Below, piece after piece: positions 28,365 to 36,538 of a DNA stretch of 36,538 nt (its first letter is position 1; the number at the start of each line of letters is the position of its first letter). The position numbers and the translations under genes are program-made. Under the pieces are notes generated by a model. That model searched no databases. It was not told the origin of the DNA and worked only from the letters and a program-made list of their open reading frames with translations. Origin of the DNA: an uncultured Lachnospiraceae bacterium (GTDB lineage: Bacteria; Bacillota; Clostridia; Lachnospirales; Lachnospiraceae); assembly GCA_949457475.1 (NCBI GenBank), contig CASUON010000001.1, forward strand, positions 1 through 36,538, in the 5' to 3' direction.

Positions 28365-29841
28365 TATGCCACAAATTAAAATAGGGATTGTTGCGGTCAG
28401 CCGTGACTGTTTTCCAGAGAGCCTGTCTGTGAATAGAAGAAAGGCGCTTGTAAAAGCTTATGCTGATAAATATAATGCAAAAGATATTTATGAATGCCCG
28501 GTCTGTATTGTGGAGAGTGAGATACATATGGTTCAGGCCTTGGACGATATTAAAAAAGAAGGCTGTAATGCGTTGTGCGTGTATTTGGGCAATTTTGGGC
28601 CGGAAATTGCGGAGACACTGATTGCAAAGCATTTTGAGGGACCAAAAATGTTTCTTGCGGCTGCGGAAGAATCTGGGAGCAGCCTACTTGACGGCAGGGG
28701 AGATGCATACTGTGGAATGTTAAATGCAAGCTATAACCTGAAATTAAGGAATATACGGGCTTATATCCCGGAATATCCGGTTGGGACCGCGGAAGAATGT
28801 GCAGATATGATCCATGAATTTCTTCCTATTGCCAGGGCGGTTGTGGGACTTGCAAGCCTTAAGATCATCTGCTTTGGGCCAAGGCCCTTAAATTTCCTTG
28901 CTTGCAATGCGCCAATTAAGCAGCTGTACAATCTGGGCGTGGAAATAGAAGAAAATTCAGAGCTTGATTTATTTGAAGCATTTCAAAAACATAAAGGAGA
29001 CGCCAGGATACCTAGCATCGTAAAGGAAATGGAAGATGAACTCGGGGCCGGAAATAAAAAACCGGAGATACTTTCAAAGCTGGCGCAGTATGAATTGACG
29101 TTGAAAGACTGGATCAAAGGGCATAAAGGGTATCGTAAATATATAGCGGTTGCAGGAAAATGCTGGCTTGCATTCCAGACGCAGTTTGGTTTTGTGCCGT
29201 GTTATGTCAATGGCAGGCTCGCGGCGCAGGGAATTCCTGTTTCTTGCGAAGTGGATATTTATGGGGCGTTAAGCGAGTATATCGGAACAGTAATCAGCCA
29301 GGATACGGTAACGCTGCTCGATATTAATAACACTGTTCCAAAAGATATGTATGAATCTGAGATAAAAGGGAAGTACGCCTATGAGCACAAAGACACTTTT
29401 ATGGGATTCCATTGCGGCAATACCGCGGTTGGAAAACTTGCATTTTGTGAGATGAAATATCAAAAGATTATGGCTAGGACGCTTCCAGAGGAAGTGACGC
29501 AGGGAACGCTGGAAGGGGATATCATACCGGGTGACATTACCTTTTACCGCCTCCAGAGCACAGCGGACAATATTCTGCGGGCGTATATCGCGCAGGGAGA
29601 AGTATTGCCGGTAGCTACCCGGTCTTTTGGAAGCATCGGTATATTTGCAATTCCGCAGATGGGACGATTTTACAGGCACGTTCTGATAGAGAAGAACTTT
29701 CCGCATCATGGGGCGGTGGCCTTTGGAAAATATGGGAAAGAGTTGTATGAATTATTTAAGTATATAGGAGTTCCTGTGGAAGAAATCGGATACAACCAGC
29801 CGGCTGCCGTAAGGTATCCGACTGAAAATCCATGGAAGTAG
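28357..29841 (+). CDS. L-fucose/L-arabinose isomerase-fold sugar isomerase, probably non-canonical xylose isomerase (XylA-II type)
   Basis: GIVAVSRDCFP, GNFGPE, RGDAYCG, SCEVD, GFHCGN, FPHHGAVAFG; directly upstream of xylulokinase. Confidence 0.75.
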   Translation: MYDMPQIKIGIVAVSRDCFPESLSVNRRKALVKAYADKYNAKDIYECPVCIVESEIHMVQALDDIKKEGCNALCVYLGNFGPEIAETLIAKHFEGPKMFLAAAEESGSSLLDGRGDAYCGMLNASYNLKLRNIRAYIPEYPVGTAEECADMIHEFLPIARAVVGLASLKIICFGPRPLNFLACNAPIKQLYNLGVEIEENSELDLFEAFQKHKGDARIPSIVKEMEDELGAGNKKPEILSKLAQYELTLKDWIKGHKGYRKYIAVAGKCWLAFQTQFGFVPCYVNGRLAAQGIPVSCEVDIYGALSEYIGTVISQDTVTLLDINNTVPKDMYESEIKGKYAYEHKDTFMGFHCGNTAVGKLAFCEMKYQKIMARTLPEEVTQGTLEGDIIPGDITFYRLQSTADNILRAYIAQGEVLPVATRSFGSIGIFAIPQMGRFYRHVLIEKNFPHHGAVAFGKYGKELYELFKYIGVPVEEIGYNQPAAVRYPTENPWK

Positions 29842-29885
29842 GATACATGAATCCAATTGATCTGTATTTGTGAAAGGGAAGGGAT

Positions 29886-31343
29886 ATGTTATATATTGGC
29901 ATTGATTTGGGAACTTCGGCCGTAAAGCTTCTTTTGATGAAGGAAAATGGTGAGGTCGTAAAAACTGTGGCAAAGGAATATCCGTTGTTATTTCCTGCTC
30001 CGGGCTGGGCGGAGCAGGATCCGCGGGAATGGTTTGGAAAAACAATGGAAGGGCTTGTGGAATTGCTCGACGGATGCAGCCGCCTGGAGGTTGCAGGAAT
30101 TGGCATTGGTGGACAGATGCATGGCTTGGTGACACTGGATGAGAAAGACGAAGTAATACGTCCGGCAATCTTATGGAATGATGGAAGGTCAACCAGGGAA
30201 ACGGCGTTTTTAAATGAAACAATTGGAAAAGGCCGGTTGTCCGGGTATACAGCAAATATTGCATTTGCAGGATTTACCGCGCCGAAAATCCTATGGATGA
30301 AAGAACATGAACCGGAAAAATTCGAGAGGATCCATAAGATCATGCTGCCGAAAGACTATGTGTTATACTGCCTGTCAGGAAACTTTAGCACGGATATGTC
30401 CGATGCATCTGGCATGCTCCTGTTGGATGTGAAAAACCGCCGATGGTCGAAAGAAATGATGGATATCTGCGGGATACAAGAGAAGATGCTGCCAAAGCTT
30501 TACGAGAGTTATGAAGTGGTGGGAACTCTAAGGCCAAAGATCGCGAATGCACTTGGGGTAAGCAGGCAGGTAAAAGTAGTTGCCGGAGCTGGGGATAATG
30601 CGGCGGCTGCAGTCGGAACAGGAACGGTGGGCGACGGGATGTGCAATATTTCCTTAGGCACTTCCGGCACGATATTTATTTCCAGTAAAAGTTTCTGCAT
30701 GGATGAGAACAATGCACTTCATTCGTTTGCCCATGCAGACGGTGCGTATCACCTGATGGGTTGCATGCTTAGCGCCGCTTCCTGTAATAAATGGTGGAAT
30801 GAGGAAATATTGCGGACAAAAGACTTTGCGGCGGAACAGGAGGGCATTGAAAGACTTGGGAAAAACCAGGTGTTCTATCTTCCGTACTTGATGGGAGAGC
30901 GTTCCCCGCATAACAATCCGTTCGCCCGGGCAATGTTTTTTGGAATGTCTATGGATACAACAAGGGAGGATATGACGCAGGCTGTGTTAGAAGGAGTAAT
31001 CTTTGGGCTCAGGGATTCCCTGGAAGTGGCAAGAAGCCTTGGACTGCATATTGGCAGGAGCAGGATCTGCGGAGGCGGTGCGAAAAGCCCGGTTTGGAAA
31101 AAAATGGCTGCAAATATCCTGCAGTTGAACATAGACGAGCTTGCAGTGGAAGAAGGGCCGGCGCTTGGAGGAGCTATGCTGGCCGCAGCAGGGTGCGGAA
31201 CGTATGAAAACATAGAAGCCGCGGCAAAGGCGGTTGTGAGGGTTACGAACACAATAGAACCAGAAAAAGGTCTGGAGGCTGCCTATGAAGAAAAATATCA
31301 GAAGTTCAGAAAGATATACCCGTCAGTGAAAGAATTGTTTTAG
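29886..31343 (+). CDS. xylB: Xylulokinase (FGGY family)
   Basis: IGIDLGTS, GQMHGLV, ILWNDGR, TDMSDASG, GAGDNAA, PYLMGERSP. Confidence 0.93.
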   Translation: MLYIGIDLGTSAVKLLLMKENGEVVKTVAKEYPLLFPAPGWAEQDPREWFGKTMEGLVELLDGCSRLEVAGIGIGGQMHGLVTLDEKDEVIRPAILWNDGRSTRETAFLNETIGKGRLSGYTANIAFAGFTAPKILWMKEHEPEKFERIHKIMLPKDYVLYCLSGNFSTDMSDASGMLLLDVKNRRWSKEMMDICGIQEKMLPKLYESYEVVGTLRPKIANALGVSRQVKVVAGAGDNAAAAVGTGTVGDGMCNISLGTSGTIFISSKSFCMDENNALHSFAHADGAYHLMGCMLSAASCNKWWNEEILRTKDFAAEQEGIERLGKNQVFYLPYLMGERSPHNNPFARAMFFGMSMDTTREDMTQAVLEGVIFGLRDSLEVARSLGLHIGRSRICGGGAKSPVWKKMAANILQLNIDELAVEEGPALGGAMLAAAGCGTYENIEAAAKAVVRVTNTIEPEKGLEAAYEEKYQKFRKIYPSVKELF

Positions 31344-31396
31344 GCACATTCTATGTACGGTAATATAAATAGATTTAAGGGAGCTTATGAAAATTT

Positions 31397-33436
31397 ATGG
31401 CTTATGGGAAAAATGTAAAGGAAATTTTGTATGGCGGTGATTACAATCCGGAGCAATGGCCGAGGAAAACATGGGAGGAGGATATGCGGCTTATGAAAAA
31501 GGCGCATATCAACATTGTGACGTTGAATACTTTTAGCTGGGCTGCGTTGCAGCCTTCGGAAGATAGGTATTGTTTTGATACGCTGGACAGTATCATGGAG
31601 CTTGTGAGAAAAAATGGACTGAAAGTGTGTATGGCAACATCGACAGGCGCGCATCCGGCATGGATGGCGAAAAGGCATCCGGATATTCTGCGTACAGATC
31701 GCTCAGGAATGAAAAGAAAATTCGGCGGGCGGCATAATTCCTGCCCGAACAGCCCGTCTTACCGGAAATATGCGCCAAAACTTGCAGGCATGCTCGCGAA
31801 AAGATATAAGAATTATGAAAACATTATTGCATGGCATGTTTCGAATGAATTTGGCGGGGAATGTTATTGTGAGAATTGCGAACAAGCTTTCCGTCGGTGG
31901 CTGAAAAAAAGATTCCGGACGTTAGAAGAAATGAACCGAGCTTTTTATACGTCGTTTTGGGGACATACATTTTATGACTGGGATGAGGTGGTACTGCCGA
32001 ATTTTCAAAGCGAACATTTTCTGGCTGACGGGGAAGAGCGGACGATGTTTCAGGGGATTACGCTGGAATATCGGAGGTTTATGTCGGAAAGCATGCTGGA
32101 GTGCTTTCGGCTGGAATATCAGGAAATAAAAAAAGAAATGCCGGATATCCCAGTCACGACCAACCTTATGGGTTTTTATAAGCCGCTGGATTATCAAAAA
32201 TGGGCGCAAGACATGGATTTTGTATCATGGGACAGTTATCCGGCTCCGAAAGATTCGCCTGCAGAGACTGCATTGCAACATGATTTGATGCGGGGGATCA
32301 AAAAACAGCAATCTTTTGTGCTGATGGAACAGACACCCAGCGTAACCAACTGGCAGCCGTATAATCGGTTAAAACGCCCGGGCGAGATGCGGCTTTTGAG
32401 TTACCAGGCGATGGCGCATGGGGCAGATGCGATCCAATTTTTCCAGATACGGCGGACAATCGGGGCATGTGAGAAATTCCATGGGGCTGTCATTGACCAT
32501 GCAGGGAGGGATGATACAAGGGTATTCCGGGAATTGGAGCAGCTTGGCAGTGAATTGGGCCGGCTCGGAGATGTTTTTTTGGAAGGACGAACCCCTGCAA
32601 AGACGGCAATATTTTTTGATTGGGATAACTGGTGGGCGCTGGAATACTCTGCGGGGCCAAGCATTCGGATGAAATACCTGGATGCCATTAAGGATTATTA
32701 TATGGCGGCATTTGAAGTCAATATTCCAGTTGATATCATAGGCATGGCGGATGAGTTTGATCCTTATAAAATAGTGGTTGCACCGCTTTTATATATGACA
32801 AAACCCGGAGTGGAAGAGAAAATCCGAAAATTTGTAGAAGGTGGGGGCATATTTATCACAACGTATTTCAGTGGCATCGTAGATGAGCATGACCTGGTTG
32901 TACAGGGAGGCTATCCCGGAAGGCTGAGAGATATTCTTGGAATCTGGGTGGAAGAAAATGACGCCCTGCCGAAAGGGGAAGAAAACAGCTTTGTATATAA
33001 AGGGAATCTGTACCCGGCGGAAATACTATGTGATCTGATGCATTTAGAAGGCGCACAAGCACTGAGTGTATACGAAAAAGACTTTTATCAGGGAATGCCG
33101 GCCATTACAAAAAATCAGACTGGGCGGGGATGGGCATATTATGTCGGGACACGTTCCAACCATGAATTTTATCAGAAATTTATGGCGGATATTTTTACAG
33201 AAGCAGGGATTGTGGGAACGATGATTGTTCCGAGAGGTGTGGAAACGGCTGTACGGGTTAAGAATGACAAAGAGATTTTCTTTTTACTGAATCATAATCG
33301 GGAAAGCCGTCAGATCGTTTTAGATTGCGACTATAAGGATCTGCTGAATGGAAACGAATACAGGGCAGGAGACAGAATTGAAATAGAAGGGAAAGGAATA
33401 TTTATATTGTCTAGCCAGACAGGAAAATGTAAATGA
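31397..33436 (+). CDS. GH42 beta-galactosidase
   Basis: YGGDYNPEQW, WHVSNE (acid/base), CYCENC, LMEQ (nucleophile), EKFHGA; no signal peptide. Confidence 0.93.
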   Translation: MAYGKNVKEILYGGDYNPEQWPRKTWEEDMRLMKKAHINIVTLNTFSWAALQPSEDRYCFDTLDSIMELVRKNGLKVCMATSTGAHPAWMAKRHPDILRTDRSGMKRKFGGRHNSCPNSPSYRKYAPKLAGMLAKRYKNYENIIAWHVSNEFGGECYCENCEQAFRRWLKKRFRTLEEMNRAFYTSFWGHTFYDWDEVVLPNFQSEHFLADGEERTMFQGITLEYRRFMSESMLECFRLEYQEIKKEMPDIPVTTNLMGFYKPLDYQKWAQDMDFVSWDSYPAPKDSPAETALQHDLMRGIKKQQSFVLMEQTPSVTNWQPYNRLKRPGEMRLLSYQAMAHGADAIQFFQIRRTIGACEKFHGAVIDHAGRDDTRVFRELEQLGSELGRLGDVFLEGRTPAKTAIFFDWDNWWALEYSAGPSIRMKYLDAIKDYYMAAFEVNIPVDIIGMADEFDPYKIVVAPLLYMTKPGVEEKIRKFVEGGGIFITTYFSGIVDEHDLVVQGGYPGRLRDILGIWVEENDALPKGEENSFVYKGNLYPAEILCDLMHLEGAQALSVYEKDFYQGMPAITKNQTGRGWAYYVGTRSNHEFYQKFMADIFTEAGIVGTMIVPRGVETAVRVKNDKEIFFLLNHNRESRQIVLDCDYKDLLNGNEYRAGDRIEIEGKGIFILSSQTGKCK

Positions 33437-33503
33437 GCCCTGTCAGAGCCTGCTTTGGTTTACAAAAAGAATGCAAGGGAATTTGAATGGAAGGGAGCAG
33501 GGC

Positions 33504-34340
33504 ATGCATATTTTAGAATTGCAAAAACAGGCGAATGATATTCGGAAAGGAATTGTAACAGCCGTACATAGCGCAAGGTCAGGGCATCCGGGAGGCTCTT
33601 TGTCAGCGGCGGATATTTTTACATATCTATTTTTTGAAGAAATGGATATAGATCCTAAAAATGAGAGAAAAGAAAGCAGGGACAGGTTTGTATTATCAAA
33701 AGGGCATACAGCCCCGGGATATTATTCTGCGCTTGCCTACAGGGGATTTTTTCCGGTTGAGGATTTAAAGACGCTGCGTAAGACGGGTTCTTATCTGCAG
33801 GGGCATCCTGACATGAAACATATTCCAGGCGTGGATATGTCAAGCGGTTCATTGGGACAGGGGATTTCGGCGGCGGTTGGAATGGCTGCCGCTGCAAAGA
33901 TATTCCAAAAGGGATACAGGGTGTATACGCTCCTTGGGGACGGGGAGCTGCAGGAAGGGCAGGTATGGGAGGCGGCTATGCTGGCCGCCCATAGAAAGCT
34001 GGACAATCTGGCGGTTATTGTGGATAACAATGGACTTCAGATAGACGGCGCTGTGAATGAGGTAAATTCCCCTTACCCGATTGATAAAAAATTTGAAGCT
34101 TTCAATTTTCATGTTATAAATATTGATGGACATGATTTTGGACAGATCCGAAGAGCGTTCAAAGAAGCGAGGGATACAAAAGGGACGCCAACGGCTATCA
34201 TTGCTAAAACTGTAAAAGGTAAAGGCGTATCATTTATGGAAAACGAGGTATCCTGGCATGGAGCTGCGCCAAATGACGAACAGTATGCCATTGCCATGAA
34301 AGACTTGGAAAGGGCAGGTGCGGCATTATGTCAGATGTGA
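33504..34340 (+). CDS. tkt: Transketolase, N-terminal (TPP-binding) subunit
   Basis: SGHPGGSLS, DRFVLSKGH, LQGHP, GDGELQEGQVWE...DNN. Start 33504 after GGGAG (33471 is an alternative). Confidence 0.93.
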   Translation: MHILELQKQANDIRKGIVTAVHSARSGHPGGSLSAADIFTYLFFEEMDIDPKNERKESRDRFVLSKGHTAPGYYSALAYRGFFPVEDLKTLRKTGSYLQGHPDMKHIPGVDMSSGSLGQGISAAVGMAAAAKIFQKGYRVYTLLGDGELQEGQVWEAAMLAAHRKLDNLAVIVDNNGLQIDGAVNEVNSPYPIDKKFEAFNFHVINIDGHDFGQIRRAFKEARDTKGTPTAIIAKTVKGKGVSFMENEVSWHGAAPNDEQYAIAMKDLERAGAALCQM

Positions 34341-35272
34341 AGAAAATTGCGACAAGGGAAAGTTATGGGATTGCGCTGGCAGAGCTGGGAAGGGGGCATC
34401 ATGATGTGGTCGTCTTGGATGCAGACCTTGCAGCGGCTACCAAAACAGGGATATTTAAAAAATTATTTCCGGACAGGCATATTGACTGCGGCATTGCAGA
34501 ATGCAATATGATGGGGGTGGCGGCCGGCATGGCTGCTGCAGGGGCAGTCCCTTTTGCAAGCTCTTTTGCGATGTTTGCGGCAGGGCGCGCTTTTGAGCAG
34601 GTAAGAAATTCCATCGGATACCCGAAACTGAATGTTAAAATCGGCGCCACCCATGCGGGCATTTCTGTCGGTGAGGATGGCGCCACCCATCAATGCAATG
34701 AAGATATTGCCCTGATGAGGACAATTCCCGGCATGGTAGTGATAAATCCATCGGATGATATCGAAGCAAAGGCGGCGGTGAAAGCTGCTTATAATCATAA
34801 AGGGCCGGTGTATCTGAGGTTTGGCAGGCTGCCTGTGCCGGTTATAAATACTGGAAAGGATTATGCATTTGAGATTGGAAAAGCAGTTGAACTGAGGCCG
34901 GGAAAAGACGTTGCCATAATTGCAAGTGGGCTTACGGTGTCAGAATCTTTGGAAACAGCCGAAAAATTAGCGGAATACGGAATTGACGCGGCAGTGCTAA
35001 ATATGCATACGCTAAAACCCCTGGATAAAAAAGCTGTTTTAGATGCAGCGGAAAAGACCGGAAAAATTGTGACGGTCGAGGAACATTCCGTCATTGGCGG
35101 GCTTGGCAGCGCAGTTTGTGATGTTATTGCGCAAAAGGGGCTTGCAGCGAAGGTAGTAAAAATTGGCATACAGGATACGTTTGGCGAATCCGGGCCGGCA
35201 TTGGAACTGATTAGAAAGTATGGTTTGGATAGTGACAGCATTTACAGCAAGATAAAGGTTTTTTTAAGTTAA
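34328..35272 (+). CDS. tkt: Transketolase, C-terminal subunit
   Basis: ATRESYG, GIAECNM, GEDGATHQ, GPVYLRFGR, VEEHSVIGGLG; overlaps the N-subunit by 13 bp. Confidence 0.93.
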   Translation: MSDVKKIATRESYGIALAELGRGHHDVVVLDADLAAATKTGIFKKLFPDRHIDCGIAECNMMGVAAGMAAAGAVPFASSFAMFAAGRAFEQVRNSIGYPKLNVKIGATHAGISVGEDGATHQCNEDIALMRTIPGMVVINPSDDIEAKAAVKAAYNHKGPVYLRFGRLPVPVINTGKDYAFEIGKAVELRPGKDVAIIASGLTVSESLETAEKLAEYGIDAAVLNMHTLKPLDKKAVLDAAEKTGKIVTVEEHSVIGGLGSAVCDVIAQKGLAAKVVKIGIQDTFGESGPALELIRKYGLDSDSIYSKIKVFLS

Positions 35273-35284
35273 GGGAAAGTAATT

Positions 35285-35710
35285 ATGAAAATAGTTATTA
35301 GCAATGACCATTCTGCAGTCTGGTTAAAAAATGAAATAAAAGAATACCTCAGAAATCTTGGCCATGAGGTCCTGGATTACGGCGCGCAGACGCCGGAAAG
35401 ATGTAATTATGCTGTATATGGAAAAAAAGCTGCCCAGGCGGTGGCAGATGGGGTTGCAGATAAAGGCATTGTAATTTGCGGCACAGGAATTGGCATATCG
35501 ATTGCAGCAAATAAAGTAAGGGGCATCCGCTGCGCGGTATGCAGTGAGCCGGTAAGCGCCAGACTAAGCAGGGAGCATAATGATGCCAATATGATTGCCT
35601 TTGGCGCAAGGATTATTGGAGTGGAAATGGCAAAAAACATTGTATCTGTTTGGCTTGACGCAGAGTTTGCAGGCGGGATACATCTGGAAAGGGTTGGCTG
35701 TATAGAGTAG
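35285..35710 (+). CDS. rpiB: Ribose-5-phosphate isomerase B
   Basis: SNDH, ICGTGIGISIAANKVRGIR, REHNDAN, FAGGIH. Confidence 0.93.
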   Translation: MKIVISNDHSAVWLKNEIKEYLRNLGHEVLDYGAQTPERCNYAVYGKKAAQAVADGVADKGIVICGTGIGISIAANKVRGIRCAVCSEPVSARLSREHNDANMIAFGARIIGVEMAKNIVSVWLDAEFAGGIHLERVGCIE

Positions 35711-35760
35711 GAACGTGTTATGTAGATATTGCATCATCTCATAAAAAGAAACGGAAGAAA

Positions 35761-35808
35761 GAAAAGGAGATAAAAAAGGAGATAGAAAAGGGGATAGAAA
35801 GGGCATTA
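35761..35808 (+). repeat. Degenerate 4 x 12-bp purine-rich tandem repeat
   Basis: GAAAAGGAGATA AAAAAGGAGATA GAAAAGGGGATA GAAAGGGCATTA. Confidence 0.75.
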
Positions 35809-35912
35809 GAAAAAGAATGGGAAACACTACAAGCCGAAAAAAAGTACAGATGGAATGAGGAACAACATATTCGCATAAGTATTAAAAAAAGAGGAACTAA
35901 AAAATACAAAAT

Positions 35913-36440
35913 ATGAACGTATTGTTGTTTTTATCTGACACGATCATTCCTTTGATGATCTTTTACATTGTAGTAACCGGGCTGGTTCAAAAACAGAATA
36001 TATACGAAGAATTTATCCATGGCGCGCAAGACGGGTTTCAAACCGTGATAAAAATTATGCCGACGCTGGTTGGGCTGATGGTTGCGGTCGGAATTTTACG
36101 CGCATCCGGGCTGTTGGACGCTGTATCCGCAGCAATTGGAAACCTGGTAGGCAGCCGATTTGTACCTTCCGAAATTATTCCGGTGTTTATCGTCCGGCTG
36201 TTTTCGAATTCAGCGGCTACCGGGCTTGCGTTGGATATTTTTAAAAAATATGGGACGGACTCCATGCTTGGGTACATAACTTCCATTATGATGAGCTCTA
36301 CAGAAACTGTGTTTTATACAATGTCGCTGTATTACATGTCCGTAAAAATAAAAAAGACGCGCTGGACACTGCCCGGGGCATTGGTTTCCGCAGCGGCAGG
36401 GCTAGCCGCCAGCGTGGTAATCGCAAACTATCTGGTGTAG
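35913..36440 (+). CDS. spmB: Spore maturation protein B
   Basis: YEEFIHGAQDG, IMPTLVGLMVAVGILRASG, MMSSTETVFY, IKKTRWT; 175 aa hydrophobic. Confidence 0.88.
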   Translation: MNVLLFLSDTIIPLMIFYIVVTGLVQKQNIYEEFIHGAQDGFQTVIKIMPTLVGLMVAVGILRASGLLDAVSAAIGNLVGSRFVPSEIIPVFIVRLFSNSAATGLALDIFKKYGTDSMLGYITSIMMSSTETVFYTMSLYYMSVKIKKTRWTLPGALVSAAAGLAASVVIANYLV

Positions 36441-36538
36441 GTTTTTTAGTTATTTTTTTACAGGGTTGGGATATGCAGAATATACAATAAAAAGAACAAT
36501 AATAGGTTGTTATCCGGCAGTTAAATTCTGGAACAGTT

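Noticed and set aside
29752-30343. 170- and 195-aa antisense ORFs over the isomerase/xylB junction
   Set aside because: Shadow frames of well-supported plus-strand genes; no motifs or RBS.
35564-35827. 87-aa minus-strand ORF with PFLS repeats
   Set aside because: Translation of the 12-bp intergenic repeat plus antisense rpiB; no coding evidence.

Overview
Low-GC Gram-positive chromosomal DNA, probably Clostridia/Lachnospiraceae-like (inferred from gene content), in four parts. (1) 1-~3000 is an AT-rich accessory segment: a C-terminally truncated HTH-WYL regulator with palindromic repeats at both ends, an orphan tandem winged-helix protein, a small pseudogene missed by the ORF track, a PIN-family toxin-antitoxin pair, and a triple AAAGTACACTTT repeat at the apparent island edge. 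(2) 3070-7403 is housekeeping/stress: reverse rubrerythrin with a PerR/Fur-family regulator and visible operator boxes, a Gln-rich repeat protein, a RimJ-like GNAT and tadA. (3) 7526-35710 is a ~28 kb carbohydrate locus whose enzymes (GH31 alpha-xylosidase, GH42 beta-galactosidase, GH3 beta-glucosidase, GH94 cellobiose phosphorylase, oligosaccharide ABC importer, YesM/YesN-type two-component system) fit intracellular xyloglucan-oligosaccharide breakdown, coupled to xylose catabolism (fucose-isomerase-fold XylA-II-like isomerase, XylB, split transketolase, RpiB). Its most notable feature is three solute-binding lipoproteins: one in the transporter operon, and two closely related ones, one overlapping a chemoreceptor (MCP) gene and one beside the two-component system. 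This suggests one ligand class wired separately to uptake, transcription and chemotaxis. (4) spmB without an adjacent spmA. No rRNA, tRNA, CRISPR array, integrase or transposase was seen. All family calls come from motif recognition by eye, not database searches.
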